Shown piece after piece: positions 38,672-49,132 of a DNA stretch of 64,000 bases (position 1 is the first letter of the stretch; each line of letters begins with the position of its first letter). Both the position numbers and the translations under genes were made by a program. Source of the DNA: Eutreptiella sp. 'Long Island Sound 2002' (lineage: Eukaryota; Protista; Euglenida); the NCBI GenBank assembly GCA_964036045.1, contig OZ038378.1:109120001-109184000 (forward strand), written 5' to 3'. The notes beneath the pieces were generated by a model. It was not told the DNA's origin, did not search any database, and worked only from the letters and a program-made list of their open reading frames with translations.

Positions 38672-40071
38672 GCTGATGTCGAAGTGTACCCGCGGCTGGT
38701 CCTGAAGTCCGTCGATGAGGAGGAGCGGGCAGCCCCACTGCCAATGGCACCATCGGAGGCTGCGCGGACTGTGGATGGGCAAGCACCAAGTCTTCAAGAC
38801 CCTCTGACATGGCTGTTGCAATCGACGCTCACCATCACAGGCATGCACAGTCCTATGACCAGGCAGGGGGGCACGTTCTGGTATCGCGACTGCACACTGA
38901 CCGTCCGGAAAGGGAAGGCAGCCACTGCCCTGCAACTGCGGTTGCCAGTGGCATGTACAGACAGTCTGGCCGAGCTGCCCCAAGGGCATGCAGGACATGG
39001 CAAGGCGTACGTGGTTGCGCAGTACTTGTGCCTTGTTGGCCATGCCAAGGCCGGCAACACATGCTCGTTCTTGGTGCACAGCGAGCACACCAGCTTCAAG
39101 ACACCAAAGAGGCCAGCAAGGCTGACGCGTTTGGATGCCGGTGTCCCCATTGAGGTGCAGGACGCATTTGACGGGTGGCTGGAGAAGTACCGCAAGCGGC
39201 AAGAACAGGGTCAATTGGGTGGACGCTCACACGTGAAGAAGGAGCCCGGCACGGATGCACGTACACAGCCACTGTGGCAGCAAACTGGGGCCAAGGTCAA
39301 GTCGGAGCAATCAGAAAGGGCAGCGCGGGGATCCGTGAAGCAACCTGCCTAGAGGACCGTCATCACCGACTCCCCCTCCAAGCGGCGCGAACGAGGCAGT
39401 CGGGGGCGGGCAAGTCCAATGGCAATGGACACGGGGACAGTGATCACGCAGCTGGCCCCTCGGTTGCAGGAGGTCGTGCGCACGGAGTTGAAGGGGGTGT
39501 TGCCTGATGCCGTTCAAAAGGCGATGGCAAGTGGCGGCAAGACCCGTGCAGAGCAGGCCACAGAGCAGGCAACCAAGAAGCAGCGCGAAGCACAGGAACA
39601 GGCTTTCAAGCACGAGGCAACCATTGCAAGTATGCAGCCACGACTCATTGCCCTGGAAGACCGGTTGGAGGCTGCTGAGGATGCGGCGCGCGAGGCGCAG
39701 GCAGGCAAGGTCAAGGCCGAGTCTCTGCTGGAGGAGAAAGCTGCGGAATGTGACCGGGCGTTGAGCATCCTCAACCGGACGTACGGCCAGGGCCCCAGCC
39801 ACAGCAAGTGATGAGGAGTGGCCAGGCACAGTGGCGATGAGAGCGCAAGGATCCGAAGTGTCCCTGTGGCCTGGTGGCTGTTGAGGGGTGCTCGGGTTCT
39901 GCCAACCTGTGTGGGCATGAGACGTGCAGAGACAACCCTTGGTGGCACACTGCGAGCGAGTTGCGTCCTGGTGGTTGCAGTACACGTGTGTTGTGACCAG
40001 CCCACTCCCAAGATTGCACGCATGCATGCATAGCTGTACGAACGCGCCAAGGGTTGTGCGACGCGGTGCGC

Positions 40072-40156
40072 AAAAAAAATCCACACCTTAACCCATAACC
40101 AATAACTAGTCCTTTTTGGCGTAACCCTAACGCATATCTAACCCTTATCTTTTTTT
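40072..40156. mobile_element. 85-bp insertion with A-tract/T-tract ends, flanked by a 6-bp direct repeat GTGCGC
   Basis: GTGCGC at 40066-40071 and 40157-40162; internal degenerate CCTAAC motifs. Confidence 0.65.
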
Positions 40157-40375
40157 GTGCGCCACAGTCGCGTAGGATAGTAGTCACGTCGTGCGCAGGG
40201 CGCGTACGGTGCTGCCACGAGCGGGGAGCTTCACATAGCTTCACCCTTGGGGGCACCACCAAAATTCCCAAGGTCTCCAAGCATGGACGCAGTTGCATGG
40301 CATGTGTGGTTGCAATGCCCCGATGTGACAGCGGTGTTTGAGAGGACCCGATGGGGCAGTACACCGAAACACCAG

Positions 40376-40673
40376 GTACAGGAAAGGGAGGGATTCCTTT
40401 GCAGAAAGTGTCTATGAAGGGGTACAAGAAGGGGGTTGTTGTGCAGGAAGGGGGGGGTTCCTGTGCAGGAAGGGGTCTAGGAAGGGTCCAGGAAGGGTCT
40501 TCCTGTACAAGAAGGGGGGTTTCTTGTGGGGTTCCTGGGACAGTTCCTGGCCAGGAAAGGGGGGGGGGTTCCTGTGCAGGAAGGGGGTTCCTGTGGGGTT
40601 TTTGTGGCACTTCCTGTGCACATCCTGCCCTCGCAATTCTTGGCAAGCTTCCATTTTAAATGCAATGCAAAAG
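40376..40673 (+). other. Predicted GT-AG intron containing the reverse-oriented AGGAACCCCC array
   Basis: CAG|GTACAG donor. The AAAAG| acceptor is weak but gives phase-0 continuity into AIANFLGDVV. Confidence 0.4.
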
Positions 40674-42339
40674 GCCATTGCCAATTTCCTTGGCGATGTC
40701 GTTCGAGTGACCCCGTATTGGGATCCACAGGTTGATGCACGGCGACAGAGACGGAAATGAATTCGCGACGTTGTGGGCGCTGTGCTTGGAGATGACGACA
40801 TCGTTGTGCGCACAGCCGGTAACGGTATACTGATTGAGTCCAACAACCACGAGGTGCGCGATGACGACGACCAACATGCCTCCGAGGAAGTGATACAAGT
40901 GTTGCAAACGGCACACCAAATGAGCCTCTCCACGCGCAACATGTTAAAATTGGAGCGCAATTGTACACGAAGAGAAATTAATGGAGGGGCACAGCAAGCT
41001 GCTGCCATATGTCGCAATGGCCCTGGAGGTTTCATCGGGGGTGGTATCACGCCGATCTGCCGCTGTATGTCCACTCCTTGAAGTAGTGCAAACCCAACGA
41101 ACGTTGAGTAGGGCATGCGGTACCTTTAACATCCCTCGTCAAGACCGGCTCTTGATTATCATTTGCGCAGATGCCACACCACTGTGGCAGACCTCGGCCA
41201 CCAAGTGCGACATCCACGTGACCGTTTGGTCAGAGGGTGTAGCAGCTGCAGGCGACGTGCGACGCTGGGCGACGTGGTGGGCGCTTGACGGACCGGATGA
41301 CACGCACTGTCTCCGGGCCATTGACACTAAGGCAAACCTTAATCAGGATGTTTTGGATGTTTTGTCCACTGTGGATGTTTGGCACTTGGGGAATTGCATC
41401 CCCAGTGTATGTGCCTTGACAGGTGATGGCAAGGCCATGTTTTCGGCCAATTATCACAAGGGGAAATGTTGGGTAGGCTGCCATTGCATTGATTCCTTGG
41501 CACGTGCCAATTCTGTACCGGCCCAATGCAGGTGGGGCTCATTTTTGAGGGCAATTGGACCATGCAACCGCGTTGGTAACGTGGAGCATGGCTCGTGTCG
41601 TATTGCGAACGCCATTGTTAAGCGAGTCAATGAAACATTGAAAGATTTGATTGAAAATGGTGCACCCGACGTTGCCCGTGCTGCAAGGGAGGCAGGGAAA
41701 GCTTTGGTTTTGGAGCTTCACAAGCTTTTGGATGAGGTGAAAAATGTTCCGCATGCTGAGCGGTTGGCTCCCCGGCCAACCAAGGCCGGAAAATGTGATA
41801 TAACAGGTGGCAAAATGTTTTTTGCAGACAGTGCATTACATGGCCGAGTTGTGGCCGTATTGCGGGACAACCTACCTGACGTGGCCTTTGGTAGCATTAA
41901 ATTTTTCCTATTGATGAAGCATGTGTTATTATCAATGCATCGAATGCACGCGCTCTGGCGCAAAAGGGATTGGCTAACACAGGCCGAACTCAAGGAATTG
42001 GAGTCTGCAAGTGACCGTTTAGGGGAGCGTTGGGGTAAATTGCAATGGGGTGTGACCCCTTGGGTACATTGGGCATGTGTTCACATCGCACATTTTGCGC
42101 GTCGCTTTGGGAGTTTGTACGTTTTTCGCAGTATTCCGACAGAATACAGAAACCAACCGTTCAAGCGGCATCTCAAAAACTCAATGCGCGGTTGGTGTCT
42201 TCGGCGACCCCGCATCACACGCCTCCGAATGAGGCATGTGGTGCACACCGACGCGTTGAGTGTCGGTTTGCAATTGTACGAGGCGCAGCAAGGCCGCGGT
42301 GCGGCCGTTGCCAAGCGACGCAAGCGGCATGTGGACTAG
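40674..42339 (+). pseudogene. RAG1/Transib-like DDE transposase (core ORF 40981-42339 open; upstream TGA at 40758 and frameshift ~40978)
   Basis: IIICADATP (D1), LTGDGKAM (D2), NVEHG, and VTPWVHWACVH...GSLYVFRSIPTEYRNQPFKR, which aligns ungapped to RAG1 ITNYFHKTLAH...[20 protein letters not shown] (RAG1 sequence recalled from memory). Confidence 0.8.
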
Positions 42340-43030
42340 TTACAACATCAATGCGGTGGCACAATGCGATTCAAACCCCGGCGAACGGATTTGTGTGCTA
42401 TTGCCTCGGGACACGATGGTCATAGGAAGGGTCTAGGAAGGGGGGTTCCTGCCCAGGAACGGGGGGGTTCCTGCCTAGGAACCCCCCTAGGAAACCCCCT
42501 TCCTGGCTAGGAAGGGGGGTTCCGAGCCAGGAAGGGGGGTTCCTAGGGGGGTTCCTGCCCAAAACGGGGTTCCCAAAAACACCCCAAAATTGGGCATCAC
42601 CAACCCGGGACCCAATGTCCCCCAACGCAGGCGCTTTGAAGGCGCGGTGTTTGTGTTCAAAAGCTTCGGGTGCCGTCTTAACGTGTAGGAGTAGAAAACC
42701 CCTAGGAACGGGGGGGTTCCTAGGCCATCCTTCCTTGGCTGCACCCCAATAGGCATAGGCACTGTGGGGGTGCCCTTGCTTCAAGCCTTGGTTGGGGGGG
42801 CTGCCTTTCCTTTCTTTACACGCTTTTCAGCGGGGGGGGGGGGGGGGGCTTGAGAAACTGCTTTTGGGGGGGGGGGGTTCAATCAGGGGTGTGGGAGGGT
42901 GTTCTTTTCTTTATCTCATAGGTGTCGCTTTTCATACAATAAAAATGACAACAATCAAAAAGATCATTTCACAACTTGCAGGTGTGCCATGCTATGCTGT
43001 GCAGTGTTGTGGTGTACGTCCCTGTAGGTC

Positions 43031-43380
43031 CCCCATCAATTTTATAGCCCCCTCCTATCAATTTCAGAAACCCCCCCAATCAATTTCATAGCCCCCTGTA
43101 TCAATTTTAAAGTCCCTCCCCATCAATTTTTTAGCCCCCCCCCATCAATTTCGTAAGCCCCCCCTCTATGACTTTCATAGCCCCCCGCCCTAGCAATTTC
43201 ATAGCCCCCCACCCATCGATTTCATAGCCCCCCCCCCCATCAAGTTCATAGCCAGCTCTCCTATCAAGTTCATTGGTCCCCCCCCCTATCAATTTCATGC
43301 CCCCCCCCATCGATTTCATAGCTCCCTCCTATCAATTTCATAGCCCCCCCCCCCATTCAATTTTATAGGTCGCCCCCTAT
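43031..43380. repeat. Minisatellite, ~21-22-bp unit ATCAATTTCATAGCCCCCCC
   Basis: Read directly. Confidence 0.9.
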
Positions 43381-44139
43381 GAATCTCATAGGCTTGTGTT
43401 TATTGATACACGTATGCATTAAAGGGTAGGCCGCGCGTTGTGCACACAGTACAACCTTGCTTCCCTCTTGGGGCTCCTCCTTACGTTCTATAAGAGAATG
43501 GGGGGAGTCCCTAATTTGTCTTGCTTGCTTGCAGCTTGGTATTGGCAACCTACTGAGAGGCGTCCTCTGAGAAGGGTATAAATCGTGGATGGGCGTTTGG
43601 CTGGGCAGGAACCACTGCCAGGCTGGCAGCTGCATCTCCGTTTTCGGACAGGTGGGTATACAGGGAAGGGTGACATTGGACTCGCATCGTGCAACTCTTC
43701 AAGGCGAGGGGAGAGGCGCTACCGGGCAGCCCCGGGGGCTGTGCTGTGCTGTGTTATGTTGTGACGTGCACTGATGTGTTGTGTTGTGCTTCGTAGTGCT
43801 CTACTGTGTAGGTGTATGTGCATGGGCATGGGCATGGGCAAGGGCAGGGGCATGGGCATGGGCATGGGCAGGGGCATGGCGGGGGGGTGGATTGAGGGAG
43901 GGGGGGGGGGGTTGTAGACGCTAGGGTCTAGACCACTACCCAGTTCTACACCTCCAGGGTGCGGTGGCAATTGGTTGGTGACAATGGGACAAGTCTGATA
44001 TTAGGGGGGGACACGGGGGGGGGGAATAAAAAGGGTGTTGGGGTGGGGGTGGGGGAGGGGGGGGGGGGGGTGATGGTCCATAAAGGGCTAAAGTCTGAAA
44101 TCTGAGAGCCCATTTGGTTACTATACACAACGCTGGGGA

Positions 44140-46880
44140 ACACCCACGGCCCCCCTTAACCTACTGGAGGTCAGGGCGTCGGTCTGGAGGCAACTCTGCC
44201 CCCAGCGACTCTCCCTGGACGCGGCCATGATGGCGCTCCTGGCCAGTGTGTACCGCCCCACGGCCCACGTGCACGCAGCAAACGACGCCGTGATGGTGCG
44301 GGCATACAAACACATGGCAGGAATCTCCCGCCATGCGCACACCGAACCACTCTCGGAGCCCTGGGAGCATGGTTGCCAAGGTTTGACCGGGTCCTCACAA
44401 ACCTGGCACACTGCGGTCACCCGGGAATGGGTCCGGCAGGGGGCCTGGGCTAAGGAGGACTTTCGGCAGTCCCAAACCTACACCGTCCAGGCACACCAAG
44501 CGCTCAAAGGAGGGTGCCCGGCGGTACTCACCCCCGGGCAGTACACCCACCACCCGAGGTGCCCTCACCTCATCGCTACGCAGCAGGAGGTAGTGGATGA
44601 AGTGTCCATGCCCATGTGGATGCCGAATCCCTGCTTAGGGACGACCCCATCCTAGTGCAGGGCCCGGGTGGTTCTTAGGTAGGGGCGGCGGCGGGGCCCG
44701 CCCCCCAGGTGGGGGTGTACCGAACCCAGTGCGGCGATGTCCTGCAGGTGGTCATCCCCCCGACCGTCTACAAAACGGTGCAGGCTCTGGGATACCACCA
44801 GCTGGGACACCTGTACACAGAAGACCACCGCATCAAAGGGGAACGAACCCTTAAGGAGCGGACGCCAGCCCGCAAGGGTATCCCCAGGCTTCGGGCATGG
44901 CTGGCCCGCCATGGCACTGTCCGAGCGCCCCTACTGCGGATGCCCCCGCCGCGGTGGCAGACTGCGCCTAAGGACTGGATCCCGGGCGCCGTGCCCGCAT
45001 ACCGGGCGGAAGTGGTCATTGGAGGCCTGGTGGCCAAGACCACCTGGATAGAGACCGTATACCACGGGGGCTATCCGATCAAGGTGACAACTGCCATGAA
45101 GGACGTGGAGGCCAAAGACTAGGCGCCGGGCTGCAGGTGTGCTGCGAGCCCCCAAACACGCTGCCGAGCGACACCCGATTACACCGCATCGTGGTGGCCC
45201 TTCTGGGCGTCCAAGTGCAGGTCAACGCACCCCTACATGCCCAACTATGGGATGACCATCACCATGTGTCCCTGGGCCAGCTACAGAGCGCATGGGTATG
45301 GGCACCTACCATCGTGTGGATGTCCGAGCCTCCAACAGACGCCTACTAGCAGTGGGCCAGGCATCGCCGGCCCCCCTGGTCACTGTCACCACAACACTGC
45401 CGCCGTGGCCGTGGATAGCCATTGCCCCGGCCGCGCTGGCAAAGTTCAAGTACCCCACAGGTGTGTGGCGCACAAGTGCCCAGGGCACCCAAATAAGGGG
45501 CCCCTCTACTACTCGCTCGGTACGGCGGGAACAGCACCGGCAGAGCTCGGCTCTGCCCTGCGAACCCACCTCCGTGAAAACCATGGGGACCTCGCTCTCC
45601 TGGCGCCGCACGGCCGGGCTACCAACCCCCGCAGGTGCTGGCCCCCGAGGTCCAGCCGGGCATTTGGTTCCATGACCTGCCGGCGCTGGCGACTCTCCGC
45701 GGCACCGTGGCCGCAGTGGATGCCGGAACCACGCAGGCAGGCGTGGCTATGGCAGGGGTCGCCCTCAGCGGGCCTGAGGCCTACCGGACCCACGTGGCCT
45801 CCGGGGTAGGCACCTCCCAAGAGGGGGAGGCCATGATACTCCTCTTGTACGTCCGCAGGCTGGCGCAACCACCAAGGGTATTTTGGCTCGTGCCAGACTC
45901 AAAGGCGGCGGTGGGGTCCCTCTGAACGTATCAAGAAGGAGGCCATTGTGGAGATGGTATACACCACCTGTACGCCACTGTCCTGGGAGGCCAACACCTC
46001 TCCCCAACCTCAGCCATCAACATGGTTACCACGCCGTCGCACTGGATAACGGACCTGAACGTCCATGTTGATGCAGCGACGTAGGAGCCGCCAGAGGTAG
46101 ACCTGACGTGGCTCCTCCGGCGCCCCTTCTCTTTCCTCCCCCCGATAAGCTACCGCGACCAGTGCCAGCTCTCCCCGACGGCGGTGCGCGACTGGTTACA
46201 AGATCGGGCCTCCATACCAGCGCGGGCCGGCTATGAGGCCCGATGGGGGGCAAACTGCACATCGGGGAGTGGACCCCCCCTCCACTGGTTCGATGGCGAC
46301 CAGCAGCACCACATCATGGCGCACCGCATGGACAACATCTCCACGATGATTGTCCTGGCGCACTGGACTTCCCAGCGGGACACAGTGCTGGACACCACGT
46401 GCCTCCTCTGTGGAGCGCAGCCCCACTCGGCCTGCTCGGCCCAGTCCCATGAGTGGGGACCATCTCGCCAGCGGCTCGCGGAGTGGCTCGACCACTAGGT
46501 GGGGAAACGGGCTACCTCGGTGCGCCACCAATTGTGGGAGCCGACCGTACTGGAGCAGTGGGCGGCGGCCTTGCGTACCCCCTCCATGCGGCGAGCCCAC
46601 ATAGAGTGCTCAGGGCCCCACACGCTAGGAACGGAGGTCATACGTCACGTAATCGAGGAGTCCATCAGAGTCTGGTACGCCCACGCCAAGACACGTGCCA
46701 CGTTGCTGAAAGCCCGCCTAGGCCCAGGCAGCACGATGGCGTGGGTATTGTAGAAGCTACGCCTACACCAGCGGGCAAAGAGAGAGGGACTACAGCGGGA
46801 ACTTCTAGGATGACAATTGTCGCCAGGAGGGTGACATCCAGGTTTCCCCGGCTCCCCGTCTTTCCGCCGATAACCACACA
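44140..46880 (+). mobile_element. 5'-truncated non-LTR retrotransposon 3' half with RNase H and C-terminal zinc knuckle, decayed
   Basis: RNase H motifs VDAG, TSQEGEA, VPDSKAA and TPSHW...NVHVDAA; CLLCG..H. Multiple in-frame stops. Confidence 0.75.
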
Positions 46881-46930
46881 CTAACACACGGCGCACGCGC
46901 TACACACACAGCCCTCCCGTTAACTTGTAC

Positions 46931-47350
46931 CCGTGGGTAGACATCCCGGCCATTGCCTTCTGGTAACAGCGCCTTCCGCACATCTTCATCAACTAGGACG
47001 AACACAAATCCCAGAGACGACGTCAACAAGCACAATTTGTCCACTTGCGGCGCGGTGAGAGTCTTGAGCACATTAGTAGAGACAACAATCAGCTTTCGTA
47101 GCTTAATGAACGATTTCCTCTGAAAAATCCACTTAGCATCCTCCAATCCCAAAACAGAGATCCGTCGAGACCCATCCGTGTCCTTAAACTTTGTGATGGG
47201 GTGCAGTCGCATACTGACTCGGTAATTGCTTGCCAGTTTTTGGCGGCCATATTCCCGCCCGAGATTGATGTCGCTCGTGCGACCACAAGTGCTGGTGGAG
47301 AGCACCCATGCACGCACGTCAAAAAGGCGTGAAGAGTCAAAGAACATCCA
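46931..47350 (-). CDS. Possible isolated exon, product unknown
   Basis: Open, protein-like ~140 codons bounded by a CCACAG| acceptor and a |GTACAA donor. Confidence 0.3.
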
Positions 47351-48877
47351 CTGTGGAGGAGGTGGTGGAGGGGTCCCCCATCACAAGAAGCCCGCCATAA
47401 ATTCCGACAAAATGTGTCTGCAAACCGGTGTGGAGGGGGGCTGGGGGTGGGGGTCGTGGAGCCCAATCAACAAGGTATCCGGTGGGCTCCCCGCTATGCG
47501 TCCCAACCATGGCGATGGCCCGTGAACAGGGGGTGGGGGGGTGCAACCCATCCCTCACTAGCATCTTGGAGCGCGTTACGTTGTGTGCCGCCTCCCCCGA
47601 GTCACGCGATGGGGGGGTTGGGGTCGACACAACCTAGCATCATAATGAGAACCACCACCGGGTGCGCAAAGCACGGGCGCTCAGTGCACCCCACACACCA
47701 ACCCCTGCAGGAGCGAAAAGGGTTTTGCCATCCATGCCTCCTTCCCCTGGAGGAGGTCGCCGTCTAAACGCGGGACTGCCGGTCCAAAGCTTGCTTCAAC
47801 ACCTGTCGCCTCGTGCGTGGGGGGACTACTGCAACCGGTGGTCCTCAGGCGATGGGAGTGCCGTGCCCACGTGTGCCTCAAAAGCCACAGCTAGCTCAAC
47901 ATCGTGACGTGCCCCTGGCCCGGAAGCCACGTCTGCCCCAACGCTCACCAAGATCACCGCTGGGTACATGCTGTACAGCTGGGTACATGCTGTACAGGCG
48001 GTACATCAGCCGGCTCCGGCAGGTTGACATGAGCAGCCGGCAAAAGCCCCATGCTCCGGTCAACGGCGGCCATGCGGGTGGCAGTGCCTACGCTGGCAGC
48101 GGGGCCGCTTCCGCCCAGCACCAATGGCAGCCATCAGGCCCACTATGCCTGCCAGCGTGGGCAGTCCCAGAGCAAGTGCGCCTCAGTCTCAGGTGGGCCT
48201 GCACAGTACAGGCAGGTCACCTGAGCCGTGATGCTGTGCACTATGTATTATTAACAAGGGAGCCCTATGTGTGGCCGTGAGCTGAGGCACCATATTAGCC
48301 TGGCACGGGGGCAGGGCCGGGTATATGTGCTGTGCCCTACTCTTCCACAAAGTCAGAACCTGATAAGAAAAGTGAGATCAGGTGGCTTCAATGGATGCTC
48401 TTCCATGACCCTGTGGAAACAGGGTGCGTGATACATCCGCACTCTTGTCCAGCAGCATGCCCTGTGTGTGTGTGTGTGTGTATGCAGAGACTCTTTTACG
48501 GCAATAAGTTAGGGGTCACATTCAATAATGCTGACAGTCAAGCGCTGTACAACCCTTGCTGTCTTCTGCTTGATCAGGCTGTGTGTGTGCGCGCGCGGGT
48601 GTGTCACATTTCCATTCACCATAAAGAAGCCCACAAACCAAAGTGGGTAGCGGTCCCACAGAAAACGCAAGGGCTCAGCCTGCCTCCTTGCGACCAGCCC
48701 CAGGCCACTGAAAGCCCTAGGCTGAGGCAATCTCAGGCAAAGCCAATGGAAGACAAACACACTCCTCCAAGAACGCTGAAACCAGACTTCTTGCCTTGCT
48801 GCTGCCCAAAGCGCAGTCCTTACCCCTGGGGGAAACGCCGTGGGGCTGTTGGCAGCGGAGTACATCGTGGTACCTGT

Positions 48878-49132
48878 CTACTTCTTGGCATTCTTGGCGA
48901 AGTTCTCAATCCACTCGGGGGTCAGGGACTTGGGGCGCTCCAGGGGCAGGCCCAGCGCCCGGTCCCAGAACAGCTGTGACAGGGCCCCCATGGCGCGGGA
49001 CACGCCGAAGAGGACCGTGTAGTAGTCGTACTGGGTGAAGCCATAGTGCCACAGGAGCACGCCAGAGTGGGAGTCCACGTTGGGGTAGGGGTTCTTGGTC
49101 TTGCCGTGCTCTGTCAGAACGCCGGGCATCAC
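48878..49132 (-). CDS. CS: Citrate synthase (eukaryotic type), terminal exon
   Basis: [26 protein letters not shown] and LERPKS. Pyrimidine-rich CCCCTTCCACAG| acceptor; 255 nt ending in TAG, with no lesions. Confidence 0.93.
   Translation of the reverse strand: MMPGVLTEHGKTKNPYPNVDSHSGVLLWHYGFTQYDYYTVLFGVSRAMGALSQLFWDRALGLPLERPKSLTPEWIENFAKNAKK

Larger units (their letters stand above)
31487..39811 (+). pseudogene. Cargo gene, ~1020 aa reconstructed: 2OG-Fe(II) dioxygenase-like domain + Cys/His zinc finger + coiled coil
   Basis: 31487-32440 joins 37153-38124 in frame once the retroelement is removed, then phase-0 intron 38125-38671 and exon 38672-39811. QLPHRDF (H37231, D37237), VVHEGG (H37432) and SRRII. 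ZnF at 37576-37680. Single TAG stops at 37561 and 39350. Confidence 0.7.
31184..42766 (+). mobile_element. RAG1/Transib-like DNA transposon (~6.9 kb after removing the nested insertion) with cargo gene
   Basis: 26-bp inverted box AAGGAAGG(G/A)TGGCCTAGGAACCCCCC at 31201-31226 and 42711-42736, subterminal AGGAACCCCC/TTCCTGC arrays, right end CACTGTG (42760-42766), and an internal transposase. Left end is uncertain and no TSD was found. Confidence 0.75.

Noticed and set aside
37561-39352. TAG stop-codon reassignment explaining the read-through stops
   Set aside because: The intact citrate synthase exon ends in TAG, and the same elements also carry TGA stops and frameshifts, so mutational decay is simpler.
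39311-40646. Minus-strand ORFs as a RAG2-like partner
   Set aside because: No kelch-repeat pattern; they overlap the plus-strand coiled-coil exon and the repeat array, so they are probably antisense shadows.
40981-42339. KDZ/Zisupton assignment because of the linked dioxygenase
   Set aside because: KDZ-type motifs are not visible, while the RAG1/Transib-type H-x5-H and E-x2-N-x2-F-K-R pattern is.
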